DNA of 55,797 nucleotides, taken from IMG/VR virus record IMGVR_UViG_3300032087_002848, positions 1-55,797 of that record. One strand, 5' to 3'. This document shows, one piece after another, positions 9,430-18,038 of this stretch (position 1 is the stretch's first letter; every line of letters begins with the position of its first letter). Origin of the DNA: a virus. Lineage: Duplodnaviria > Caudoviricetes. The position numbers were made by a program, and so were the translations under genes. The notes beneath the pieces were generated by a model. The model searched no databases, was not told the DNA's origin, and worked only from the letters and a program-made list of their open reading frames with translations.

Positions 9430-9496
9430 TTTGTACTCCTGTCGTGGCTAGTGTCAGACGCACCATGCGTCTGTCAGGATAAAAAAAATATACAGT

Positions 9497-9526
9497 AAAA
9501 AAGAAAGGGCGGCAAGAAGCCGCCCC
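9497..9526 (-). terminator. Intrinsic terminator after the major capsid gene
   Basis: GGGCGGC/GCCGCCC stem followed by a U-rich tract on the minus strand. Confidence 0.75.
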
Positions 9527-9549
9527 TCCCGTCTCGATAGGAGACCGTG

Positions 9550-10458
9550 TTATGCACCTTCGGTGCCGAACACGCTGCGCCAATCAGAAACACCGAAGCT
9601 GTAACGCTCACGGGCTTTGAAACGCATGTTACCGGTATCGAAGTCCCCTTCCATTGCCGTTTTAATAGGCGAACGGTTGAAGTACTTGAAGCCGTTTGGT
9701 GCATCCGTCTTAATGAAGAAGGCATCGGTATCGACCAAGAAGTGGTTTACAACCGCTCCTTCTGGAAGCATACCCATGTTCTTCATGGCGTTTGCATCAT
9801 TGTCGGCTGTTCCCGGACGAAGGTTCGAGTTGAGAACCCGCTCTGCAATGAATTGCAGTTCTTTCGGGATAATCAGCTTCGTACCACGAACGGCAATCTT
9901 GAGGCCGCGCTCGTCTGTAAGACCAGCAATGTCGATCAGCATTTGCTCAAGAGAAGTCTCGTTGAGGTCTGCTGCGGTAGACAGCTTGTTGCGCTGGTTA
10001 CCGGACAAAGATGGGTGAGCAGTCGAGCAAAGAGCTGCACCGTCACCAATTGCAGAAGCACCCGCAGTGAACGCATTGTTCAGGATTGCGGCAGCTTTGA
10101 TTTGCTTGGTCTGAGCCATAGAGCGGGCCAGAGCCTTGGTGTAACGCGATGCCAAACGGTCATACAAGTTGTCCTCGATAGCTTCCTCAGTGATTGAGAA
10201 GGCCAGAGCGATTGTTTCGTGTGTGTACCGAGCGGTGTATGTCTCTTGAGCGTCGTCAAAGTTGATGGCAGCGCCTTCGCCTTTAACAGGTGCCGTTGAG
10301 AACCCACCGAGCATCACTTCTTCCTCAAATGCACGATCCGAAGACTCTTCGTCGAAGATCTCCGCATGTTCATTTTCGTAGCGATCATACTCAAGACCGA
10401 ACAAGGCATTCAGGCCGGGCTCAAGCTCTTTCGCTAGTTGTGCGCGAGAAATAGCCAT
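9550..10458 (-). CDS. Major capsid protein
   Basis: MAISRAQLAKELEPGLNALFG...DFDTGNMRFKARERYSFG; follows scaffold genes; strong RBS and terminator. Confidence 0.85.
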   Translation of the reverse strand: MAISRAQLAKELEPGLNALFGLEYDRYENEHAEIFDEESSDRAFEEEVMLGGFSTAPVKGEGAAINFDDAQETYTARYTHETIALAFSITEEAIEDNLYDRLASRYTKALARSMAQTKQIKAAAILNNAFTAGASAIGDGAALCSTAHPSLSGNQRNKLSTAADLNETSLEQMLIDIAGLTDERGLKIAVRGTKLIIPKELQFIAERVLNSNLRPGTADNDANAMKNMGMLPEGAVVNHFLVDTDAFFIKTDAPNGFKYFNRSPIKTAMEGDFDTGNMRFKARERYSFGVSDWRSVFGTEGA

Positions 10459-10472
10459 TGTCTATCCCCTCC

Positions 10473-11120
10473 TTAAATGCCAGTAGACAACGAAGTCGTT
10501 TGCGAAGCCGAAGCTGCAACCGGCGCGTTGTGGTGGAAGTTGAACCGAACTACATAGTTCACACCTGCGGCATCGTAGTCAAGATTGGCTATATCGCCGG
10601 TAAGACCTACAACACGCATGAACAGAGTTGCCGTGGTGGCAACAGTAGAAATATCGAGTTCAGCAGTGGAACGACCGGTTGATGTTGAACCGGAAGTAGC
10701 TGTTGCCAAAGATGCGTTAGCAAAGATATTTGACAGTGCTGTTGCACGGTCTGTCGAGCTACCATCAGCAGCAACCATAAACAACTGGTTAGGGTTGTCT
10801 GCAACAAAAGCTTTGACAGGATGATTCGTGTCAACGCTTACGTTGTTCGCACCGGGCCAGTAGTTTTTCCAGACGCTCTTACCTGAAGAGCTATCTACAT
10901 ACTCTACACCCATCAGGACGCCGAGAGCAGGAACTGTACCACCGTTAGCATTACCAACAATATCGATAACACCAGCAGCCAGAGGAATTACTGGCGAATA
11001 CTGATATATCGCGTTTGTGTTGGTAGCTGCAATCTCATATTGAGTTACACCAGTAGTATTAGCACCTGCGCCATTGAGCCCGATAGGACGAAGACCAAAG
11101 GCAGTATCTTGGTTTGCCAT
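10473..11120 (-). CDS. Capsid cement/decoration protein
   Basis: MANQDTAFGLRP start; immediately upstream of the capsid gene. Confidence 0.6.
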   Translation of the reverse strand: MANQDTAFGLRPIGLNGAGANTTGVTQYEIAATNTNAIYQYSPVIPLAAGVIDIVGNANGGTVPALGVLMGVEYVDSSSGKSVWKNYWPGANNVSVDTNHPVKAFVADNPNQLFMVAADGSSTDRATALSNIFANASLATATSGSTSTGRSTAELDISTVATTATLFMRVVGLTGDIANLDYDAAGVNYVVRFNFHHNAPVAASASQTTSLSTGI

Positions 11121-11147
11121 TTGTTTTTCTCCAATCAGGGCGACCCC

Positions 11148-11636
11148 TTATCGTTGTGGGCCGCCAAAGGTTACACGAGATTGCCGATCAGCGTTGCTGA
11201 TCCGCATGGTTGAATGTGCGTTCTCGCGCATCATGTCGGAGTCAACAGCTTGCAACTGGTCACGGTTTCTTTCAGAGAAATAAGCCGTTCTTTCTGCTAC
11301 TGTTTCCAACGGAATCCGTGCAAGAACAAGTCCACCTACTCCAAACACACCTTCGTATTTACCTGAATCAACTACCGGGGCCTCAAAGTCCGGGTACTCG
11401 TCCTTACGAACCAGTTCCCAGCCTTCACGCATTTTAGCGCTTACGTTTTTAGTATCGTCAAAACCACGGGTTTCAGCCCTGATCCAACGATGCTTAAAAC
11501 CATCCGGTGCAGGTGGTGCGTCTAGCATAGACGGGGGAGCCCACGGCTTACGCCTTGCCGTCTTCTCCCTAGATTGGTTTGCGCGAGAAGCACGTTTGAT
11601 TCCGCCTTCAAACATTTCGTTTTGTTCTTCAGCCAT
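11148..11636 (-). CDS. Conserved head-module protein
   Basis: WAPPSMLDAP, HRWIR, REGWELV and VGGLVLARIP motifs. Confidence 0.6.
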   Translation of the reverse strand: MAEEQNEMFEGGIKRASRANQSREKTARRKPWAPPSMLDAPPAPDGFKHRWIRAETRGFDDTKNVSAKMREGWELVRKDEYPDFEAPVVDSGKYEGVFGVGGLVLARIPLETVAERTAYFSERNRDQLQAVDSDMMRENAHSTMRISNADRQSRVTFGGPQR

Positions 11637-11641
11637 CTCAC

Positions 11642-12508
11642 TTACTCCTTCACGTATTTCGCGTATTCTTCAAGCGGCACACCCAATTTCTTCGCTATCG
11701 CGACTTGGCTAGGGGTGAGTCTAACCTTTTTCCCACTACTGCGCCCAGAACTGCGGGATACAGAAGCAACCGTCTGAGCGGGCCGTTTACTTCCACCGTT
11801 TGACAGCTTATGTGGGAACTCTCCCGCCATACGTCTATCAAGCTCAGTATAATAGTCATCGGACTGCGGGTCAAACCCCTCGTCTTCGATCAACTTTTTG
11901 TGGATACCAAACGCGGCATACGTCATGGCTTCGTCTTCACCAAACCAAGCGTTTCTTTGGGCCCATCTTTCTGCTTTCGGGTCCGGCCTACGCGGTTGTT
12001 GCTGCGGCATTGGCTGGTTAACACGCGCTTCTTGCTGCGCCCGTGCTTGTTGAGCGTACCTTTCTTGCTGAACTTTTGCTTGTTGAGCTCTATCGTTTTC
12101 AATAGCCAGCTTTGTAATTTTGCGTTGAGCTTCGACAACACCGTTAGTGTCGCCCATTTCAATAGCTCTGGCAAGATCCTGCTCGGCAGTAGCCATCTGC
12201 GTTTCTACACGGCTGCTGTACTCAGACACATAGCTTGTATCCAAAGCATCCATGCGTGCTTTTAACTTCTGCGCTTCTGTTTGTACGCCTTGAGCGTACC
12301 TTAAAGCTTCTTCGCGCTGGCGTTCAGCCTCACGCATTTTCTTTGTCAGGCGGTCTATACGCTTTTGTGTGGCGCTTTCTGCCTTATCAAAGTTATCGTC
12401 ATCAGATGATGCTTCGACATCATCATTAGACGCAAGATCTACTTCCGCGTCTTCGCCCAAATCTAACTCAATCTGGTCTTCGTTTTCTAATTCTTGTGCT
12501 TCTGCCAT
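11642..12508 (-). CDS. Scaffolding protein
   Basis: Acidic N-terminus, coiled coil and C-terminal LTPSQVAIAKKLGVPLEEYAK. Confidence 0.7.
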   Translation of the reverse strand: MAEAQELENEDQIELDLGEDAEVDLASNDDVEASSDDDNFDKAESATQKRIDRLTKKMREAERQREEALRYAQGVQTEAQKLKARMDALDTSYVSEYSSRVETQMATAEQDLARAIEMGDTNGVVEAQRKITKLAIENDRAQQAKVQQERYAQQARAQQEARVNQPMPQQQPRRPDPKAERWAQRNAWFGEDEAMTYAAFGIHKKLIEDEGFDPQSDDYYTELDRRMAGEFPHKLSNGGSKRPAQTVASVSRSSGRSSGKKVRLTPSQVAIAKKLGVPLEEYAKYVKE

Positions 12509-12517
12509 AATTATCTC

Positions 12518-12970
12518 CTAGAAATGCAGAATGTCTTCAGGTTCATTAATACGTGCCAAAATCTCGTCATCGTTTAAGATGCGGACTTCACCACCATCAA
12601 TTCTGAAACGCGAACCAGCATATCGGGCAAACATCACCCAATTACCCTGCTCGCACCACGGACCAAAGGGAAATTTCTCTGTGTCCTTGTAAGCCAGAGG
12701 TCCTACTTTGAGGACATAACCAACCTGCGTGGATACTGTTTGCTCCTGAACCACCGCATCGGGTAGATATATACCGCCGTCGGTCTTACCTTTTCCGCGG
12801 TATGGCAGGATTAGCAAACGCCAGCCCGTTGGGCTTGGCATCCGTTCTAGGAGAGAACCACCGATTTTCTCGGGGTCTAATACCTTGTCAGTGACATCCT
12901 TGTAAGCTTCTGCGAGGTTCGCGACTCCCTCGGCTACACTATCAAGGTCTACTTCTTGCGCTTCAGTCAT
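12518..12970 (-). CDS. groES: Co-chaperonin GroES-like protein
   Basis: PTGWRLLI..KTDGGIYLPD..VLKVGP..VMFARYAG..ILNDDEILA matches Cpn10. Confidence 0.85.
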   Translation of the reverse strand: MTEAQEVDLDSVAEGVANLAEAYKDVTDKVLDPEKIGGSLLERMPSPTGWRLLILPYRGKGKTDGGIYLPDAVVQEQTVSTQVGYVLKVGPLAYKDTEKFPFGPWCEQGNWVMFARYAGSRFRIDGGEVRILNDDEILARINEPEDILHF

Positions 12971-13160
12971 TACTTTGCTCCTGTTTGTCTAGCAGGCTCT
13001 TGAGTTCCTGTTCCACGTGATTAAGGCATTCAAGATTGCCCATAAGCTCACGATAATGCTCCATCGATTTTACATTGCCATTCAACATATAATCGACACA
13101 ACCTTGGCGACGTTCACGGAAAATCCGAAACACCGCTTCGGCTATTTTTATCTCATCCAT
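12963..13160 (-). CDS. Hypothetical protein
   Basis: Start reassigned to MDEIKIAE; coupled to groES. Confidence 0.55.
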   Translation of the reverse strand: MDEIKIAEAVFRIFRERRQGCVDYMLNGNVKSMEHYRELMGNLECLNHVEQELKSLLDKQEQSND

Positions 13161-13240
13161 TAAGTCCCCACAGTTTATCGCATAACGTATAGTGCACCCT
13201 AGCACATATAATATAGGAGATGCTAGGAGAAACTATAAAT

Positions 13241-13693
13241 TTATGCTAATTCAAAATGAGGCCCATCTAAAAACGGGCGACGGCCCTCTGAGCGACGAAG
13301 ATCAATGTATGCGTTCATCGCTTCTTCCATTGTTCCGTCCCACTTCCGGATGTCGTAAATATGCCAAGCACATCCCCACCGGATGCCAACGTCACAAACC
13401 TCTGCGGCTCTCTTCATGGCGTCAGCCACGTCATCATATAAATTAAGCTCCCAAGAGCCTCTAGAACCGACATACGCCATCAAATCGACGGCTTTACCCT
13501 CAACGTGCTTGGATTTTAACGTCTGACTGACGCCTTTAGCCACCATTTCCTTTTGTTCTTCAAGAGTACGCAGACCCTGAATAACCCCAAAATCTATTTT
13601 GGTTTCCAAAATGGCATACTTAACAACTGTCACGAGGCGCTCATCGACGCCCTCTAAACGATCCAAACTACGCTGAGATAACTTAAAAGACAT
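13241..13693 (-). CDS. Endolysin, M15-family L-Ala-D-Glu peptidase (T5-like)
   Basis: FKLSQRSLDRLEGV, GLRTLEEQ, SKHxxGKAVD, RWG and DGPHFEL motifs. Confidence 0.85.
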   Translation of the reverse strand: MSFKLSQRSLDRLEGVDERLVTVVKYAILETKIDFGVIQGLRTLEEQKEMVAKGVSQTLKSKHVEGKAVDLMAYVGSRGSWELNLYDDVADAMKRAAEVCDVGIRWGCAWHIYDIRKWDGTMEEAMNAYIDLRRSEGRRPFLDGPHFELA

Positions 13694-13695
13694 AT

Positions 13696-13836
13696 TTACT
13701 TCCCTTGTCCGCGGTATCTTTTCCAATTCTGCCTTTTATGTTTATTGGCAGGGCGACTCAATGGAGATTGGCCAATAGAGGTTTTCTTTTTTACTGGGAT
13801 AGGACGCCATGTCGTCCCCACGGATGTTTTTGCCAT
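13696..13836 (-). CDS. 46-aa basic protein (absent from ORF track)
   Basis: MAKTSVGTTWRPIPVKKKTSIG...KRYRGQGK; exactly fills the holin-endolysin gap. Confidence 0.6.
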   Translation of the reverse strand: MAKTSVGTTWRPIPVKKKTSIGQSPLSRPANKHKRQNWKRYRGQGK

Positions 13837-14303
13837 TATTTGCCTACCCTTGCTCTAGCTTTGCTCATGGCTCTGTTACCAAACCAAAATGCGATAATTG
13901 CACTGAAAATAGCCTGCGTTTCGCTATCCCAAACAGCAACTAATCCCGCAGCTAAGTCTACACCCTCTTGGCTTACCATCGTGTATAGCGTGACCCCTTT
14001 GACCGTCGCAAACAAGATGAAGAAGGCATAAGTAATAATGGGACGAACACTACCGCGCAGAGCGTTGACAAATTTTCCAGAATCCAAGTTAGAATCATGG
14101 CTATATATAGACTGCGACTCGACTATATCGGCCTGCGCGTCCAACTCCTTTATTTTAAGCTCCGACAACTTGTCGGCATACTTAGCTTTAGCCTCAAGCA
14201 TGTCCAACTCTTGCTGATTAGCCTGACGCTGCTTGAAATATCCCAATATCTCCGGAACTATAGAAGTCCCGAAGCCGAGTAAAGTTCCTAGTAAAGATAT
14301 CAT
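13836..14303 (-). CDS. Holin (3TM, GTA-holin-like)
   Basis: LRGSVRPIITY and IIAFWFGNR motifs; TM segments; next to the endolysin. Confidence 0.65.
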   Translation of the reverse strand: MISLLGTLLGFGTSIVPEILGYFKQRQANQQELDMLEAKAKYADKLSELKIKELDAQADIVESQSIYSHDSNLDSGKFVNALRGSVRPIITYAFFILFATVKGVTLYTMVSQEGVDLAAGLVAVWDSETQAIFSAIIAFWFGNRAMSKARARVGK

Positions 14304-14521
14304 TTTTTAGCCTGCTGAAATGAAGTGGCACCAAAATACACAGCGACGAGGCCGGACAAGCCGTAGAAAATAGGCCCAAGCTCTGATCCACCGTATTTTT
14401 GCGGGTCAATTAAAAAGCACACAACGACTGCCATCATCATGCCCAAAGCAGCCCAGCACATGAGCCTTCTATTTACCTGATAAGCTGCTTTATCGGGTAC
14501 GTTATCAGTGTTCTCCGTCAT
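14300..14521 (-). CDS. Two-TM membrane protein (lysis cassette)
   Basis: Two hydrophobic helices; VAVYFG. Confidence 0.55.
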   Translation of the reverse strand: MTENTDNVPDKAAYQVNRRLMCWAALGMMMAVVVCFLIDPQKYGGSELGPIFYGLSGLVAVYFGATSFQQAKK

Positions 14522-14780
14522 TTTTTTTAGCCTCCAACAGTTTCAATCTAACTTCATGGTCATGGATAAATACCATAAAGTCCTCTCTAAGCTTTTGTCG
14601 AGCAATACTGTTTGCCGGTGATGCCACAATTTCCCCCTGTGGCGTAACCAAAAGCATTAGATAGCCTTCTGATTTCTGTATACGGTTCTCTAGATCGTTC
14701 AAGCTGACAATCAAATAACCTACCGCTGCAAATAAAACAGGTGCTAGCGCACCTATAACCGACTGCAAATTGAAATTCAT
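14505..14780 (-). CDS. Membrane-anchored coiled-coil protein
   Basis: N-terminal TM; HEVRLKLLE terminus. Confidence 0.5.
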   Translation of the reverse strand: MNFNLQSVIGALAPVLFAAVGYLIVSLNDLENRIQKSEGYLMLLVTPQGEIVASPANSIARQKLREDFMVFIHDHEVRLKLLEAKKNDGEH

Positions 14781-15139
14781 TGCGCCGTCCTCGTATTTGC
14801 TACAGGCGGATGCACTCCGTTGTGGATCTTGTGCATCCTGTCCGATTCTGCTTTTAAATAAGCAATGTCAGACTTAATTTGAGCCAATTCCATGTGGTCT
14901 CGGCGCAAATTCTCAGGGCTGTTCATCTGAGCAAGTATATCAAGCCGCTGCTTGACCACACCTTCGCCGTTTTCCAACGTATCTATCCGCTGGTCTATTT
15001 TCCGTAGACGCGCTTCAATGTCATTCAATGTATCTTGAATGACCTTAATCTGCATCTTTCCAACTGCTGCTGCACCCGCCACACTGAACAAAATCCCGCC
15101 CAAGGTGACGATGAGACGTATATCGATGGCCCCCTCCAT
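14777..15139 (-). CDS. Membrane-anchored coiled-coil protein
   Basis: N-terminal TM followed by a heptad region. Confidence 0.5.
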   Translation of the reverse strand: MEGAIDIRLIVTLGGILFSVAGAAAVGKMQIKVIQDTLNDIEARLRKIDQRIDTLENGEGVVKQRLDILAQMNSPENLRRDHMELAQIKSDIAYLKAESDRMHKIHNGVHPPVANTRTAQ

Positions 15140-15147
15140 AGGCGCAC

Positions 15148-15345
15148 CTAGAACACGCCTTTAAAGCGCTGCGGACGCGCTATGGGGCTAAAGCCCTTAA
15201 CCACGCCCCCACGCGCCATCCGCGTTACCTTGTCCTCTCCAGCCTTCGACAGGGCGATAGCAACAGCTTGGTTCTGGGGATACCCCTCAGACTTTAGCTG
15301 CTTTATGTTAGAGCCTATCGCGCGTTTGCCTCTTTTCAGAGGCAT
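15148..15345 (-). CDS. Small basic head-module protein
   Basis: MPLKRG..NIKQL..EGYPQNQAVAIALSKAG; MARGG motif. Confidence 0.65.
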   Translation of the reverse strand: MPLKRGKRAIGSNIKQLKSEGYPQNQAVAIALSKAGEDKVTRMARGGVVKGFSPIARPQRFKGVF

Positions 15346-15546
15346 TTAACAGCCCATGTAGCTCGTGCCTTTGATCGCGGCACCAGCCCCACGCATTTTC
15401 ATCTTACGCATCTTGTTACCCGCCATCGGAGGAACAGCAGTCTTGCCGTAAGGTACGCGACCCTGACCAGCAATATCAGCATATTCAACCGCTTTAGGCG
15501 GATCTTTAGGCGCAGAGCCGTTTACTTTTACTGAACGATTTTTCAT
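15346..15546 (-). CDS. Small basic protein
   Basis: MRGAGAAIKG motif; ATGA overlap with the portal stop. Confidence 0.6.
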   Translation of the reverse strand: MKNRSVKVNGSAPKDPPKAVEYADIAGQGRVPYGKTAVPPMAGNKMRKMKMRGAGAAIKGTSYMGC

Positions 15547-17990
15547 TGTGGAGAACCCCCATTCTGCTGTTTAAGTAACTCACGCTGCATTGCAGCATCA
15601 ATCCGCTGCTGCGTCTGCCGCTCTTGGCTAGCCAGCCGCTGCTGGAACTGATTAGCCCGCATCTGCTGACCTGACGCCTCAAGACTGAGCTTGGCCTGAT
15701 CCAATTGTGCGTCCGCCTGCTCGGCTTGCGCCTTGATCTGAAGCTCTTGCTCTTTAAGCTGTACCAGCGGATCGGGCCCCTGACCAGAGACTTGCTGAGA
15801 CAACTGCTTGAGCATCTGCATGCCTTCAGCAATAAACTGTGCCGTAAGTCCTTCAATTTGCAGCATTTCTTCTTCAGAAGCAGCTTGCCCACCGGCCTGC
15901 TGGCGGCTCTGAATAAACGCCACTGCCGCCTTCTCACGGGCCGCAATTCGGACATGCTCCATAATGTGCTTTTGCAAAGCCATAGCAACAGGAGGCATAC
16001 CAGATACCATCGGCGTCGAACCAAACACCATGTGCGCCATGATGTGCGCCTCATGCTCCTGACCCTCAAACGCCTTCAGAGGTATCATGTCCATCGAATC
16101 GATGTTCTCTTGCGCTGGGTCTTTAGGTGTCGGCTCGTCATCAGGTATGCGCTTCATTATGCGGTCGGTGTCACGTACACCCAACGCATCGTACATATCC
16201 CGATACACCTCATACATGTTGTGTAATTCAGGTGCCGCACCCGCCAACTGCAACTTAGTCTGCGCCAAAGCAATCCTTTGCGCCTGACTGAACACGTTCG
16301 GGTCAGAAACAGGTAACACGTCTACCCTGTCATCAAAGTCAGACCGCATAACCGAGGCATCTGCACCCTCTACAGAGTACGGATACTCCTGTGGCAAGCT
16401 CTCACTCATCACACGGGCAAGGATTTTAAACTCCTGCTTCATGCCATAGTGCAGGCGCTTGTGCACCGCACTCATCACACGAGAGCCCTGCTCCAACAGA
16501 GCGATAGTTGTGCCCACCGCAGCCTGCTGATTGCCGTCACCGACCTTCATGTCAGTGATAGTTGCAAACCTCTGACCGGCCTGAACCACAAAACCTAGTA
16601 GAGAGAACAGGGTTTGGTCTGGACCTTTGAAGGGCAGCGGCATCAGGCTGTCACGAATAGCCCCTCCGGGTGCGTCCACATCACGGAACTCACCGGGCTG
16701 AAGCGGATCATCGTCGTCTCTGATCCGTAGTCCGCGGGCCTTGAAGCCCGCCGGGAGGTTGGACAACGTACCAGCGTCGATCAACTGCCTCAGTGCCGCC
16801 GTGGCGGTGCGTGACAACCCGCCAATGGTGTGAATAAGACCTAATCCGTAAAAACCGAAGCCCGGAAGGAACTTGTAATGCACAAAATACTGAATTTTGC
16901 GCTGTAAATCGTCGTCCTCAAGATAATTCCGACGAATCGACAGGATTTGCCCGTTGTCCTGACTAATTGTGACAACATATGGTATTTTGATACCTGTAGG
17001 CTCTCCGTCCTCGTCTACATCCTCATACCCTTCCAAGTCCAAATCGACATGACACTCCAGTATGGTGCAGTCGTAGTCGATCTGACTGGGGGAAATGCCG
17101 TCAATCCGGTCTATCTCGTCCTCTACACTGTCCAATTCGGCCTGTGCAGGGATAACCGGTATGTCCAAATAGAAGCCCGCGACCTGCTTTTTCCGCAAAT
17201 CGTTCAACGACATGCGTATAACCTGCGTTATGTTCGGGCATGTATCCAAATCTGACGTTTCATACGGCACCACGAGGTTTTCAGCAGGGATAAACTTACT
17301 TACCGCACGGCCCAAGGTCTCGTCATAGTACACCTTCTTGAACGTGCTGCCCGCCAACGGCAGGTAAAACAGCATCTGGTCCATATCCGGCGTGTAGTCC
17401 TCCATCACGTTCGTGATGTAGTAATTCATAAACTGCTTCACGCGCTGCGCCTGCGACTGCTTTTCCCGCGTTTCCGCGCCCATAACAGCAGTTCTCACGG
17501 GCCCCGAAGCAGGTAACAACTCATTAAAGGCCTGCGCCTGAAATTGCGTAGCAGCTTCCGCCAACAACGGATGTGTTACCCCAGAAGCACCCCTAAACGG
17601 CTGCGTCCGCTCTTCATAAGTAAATCCAAGCAACTCCAGCCCGTTGGCATACGCATCTTCCCAATCCTGCCGACTTGCCTTATTTGCGTCATATTCCGCC
17701 AACAACTCACCAGCAATGCGGCTCAACTCACGGTCAGGCATCTCCTCCGCTAGATTAGCATAGAAATCATCCGACTCTCCGCGCTGATCCTGCGGGTCAA
17801 AATCAATAGTAACCCCGCCGTCTTCCTCCGGAGTCACCTGAATATCCATATTGTCCGCCATACCTTCAAAAGCTATGACATTGTCCATGCTGCCCGGAAC
17901 CTCTAGCTCCACCTCGGCAGCTAAATCTTCCGGATCAAGTTGTGATGGAACATTCCTGTCCACCATTCCAGCAATCGGTTCACGCGCCAT
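15543..17990 (-). CDS. Portal protein
   Basis: 815 aa; HPLLAEA, GSTFKKVYYD, GFYGLGL and LRQLIDAGTLSNLP motifs; long Q-rich C-terminal coil; downstream of terL. Confidence 0.85.
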   Translation of the reverse strand: MAREPIAGMVDRNVPSQLDPEDLAAEVELEVPGSMDNVIAFEGMADNMDIQVTPEEDGGVTIDFDPQDQRGESDDFYANLAEEMPDRELSRIAGELLAEYDANKASRQDWEDAYANGLELLGFTYEERTQPFRGASGVTHPLLAEAATQFQAQAFNELLPASGPVRTAVMGAETREKQSQAQRVKQFMNYYITNVMEDYTPDMDQMLFYLPLAGSTFKKVYYDETLGRAVSKFIPAENLVVPYETSDLDTCPNITQVIRMSLNDLRKKQVAGFYLDIPVIPAQAELDSVEDEIDRIDGISPSQIDYDCTILECHVDLDLEGYEDVDEDGEPTGIKIPYVVTISQDNGQILSIRRNYLEDDDLQRKIQYFVHYKFLPGFGFYGLGLIHTIGGLSRTATAALRQLIDAGTLSNLPAGFKARGLRIRDDDDPLQPGEFRDVDAPGGAIRDSLMPLPFKGPDQTLFSLLGFVVQAGQRFATITDMKVGDGNQQAAVGTTIALLEQGSRVMSAVHKRLHYGMKQEFKILARVMSESLPQEYPYSVEGADASVMRSDFDDRVDVLPVSDPNVFSQAQRIALAQTKLQLAGAAPELHNMYEVYRDMYDALGVRDTDRIMKRIPDDEPTPKDPAQENIDSMDMIPLKAFEGQEHEAHIMAHMVFGSTPMVSGMPPVAMALQKHIMEHVRIAAREKAAVAFIQSRQQAGGQAASEEEMLQIEGLTAQFIAEGMQMLKQLSQQVSGQGPDPLVQLKEQELQIKAQAEQADAQLDQAKLSLEASGQQMRANQFQQRLASQERQTQQRIDAAMQRELLKQQNGGSPQ

Positions 17991-18038
17991 ACATAGTCTC
18001 CTCTAGCCCAGAGTACCAGTTCCGTGGGCCGCGGTCCA

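Noticed and set aside
9474-9725. Programmed frameshift extension of the major capsid protein
   Set aside because: No slippery sequence seen near the stop; a terminator follows directly
13009-13024. Second parS-like sequence TGTTCCACGTGATTAA
   Set aside because: Right arm degenerate and inside a coding region; may be chance
15506-16069. 187-aa alternative-frame ORF inside the portal gene
   Set aside because: No RBS; composition explained by codon bias of the Q/A-rich portal tail
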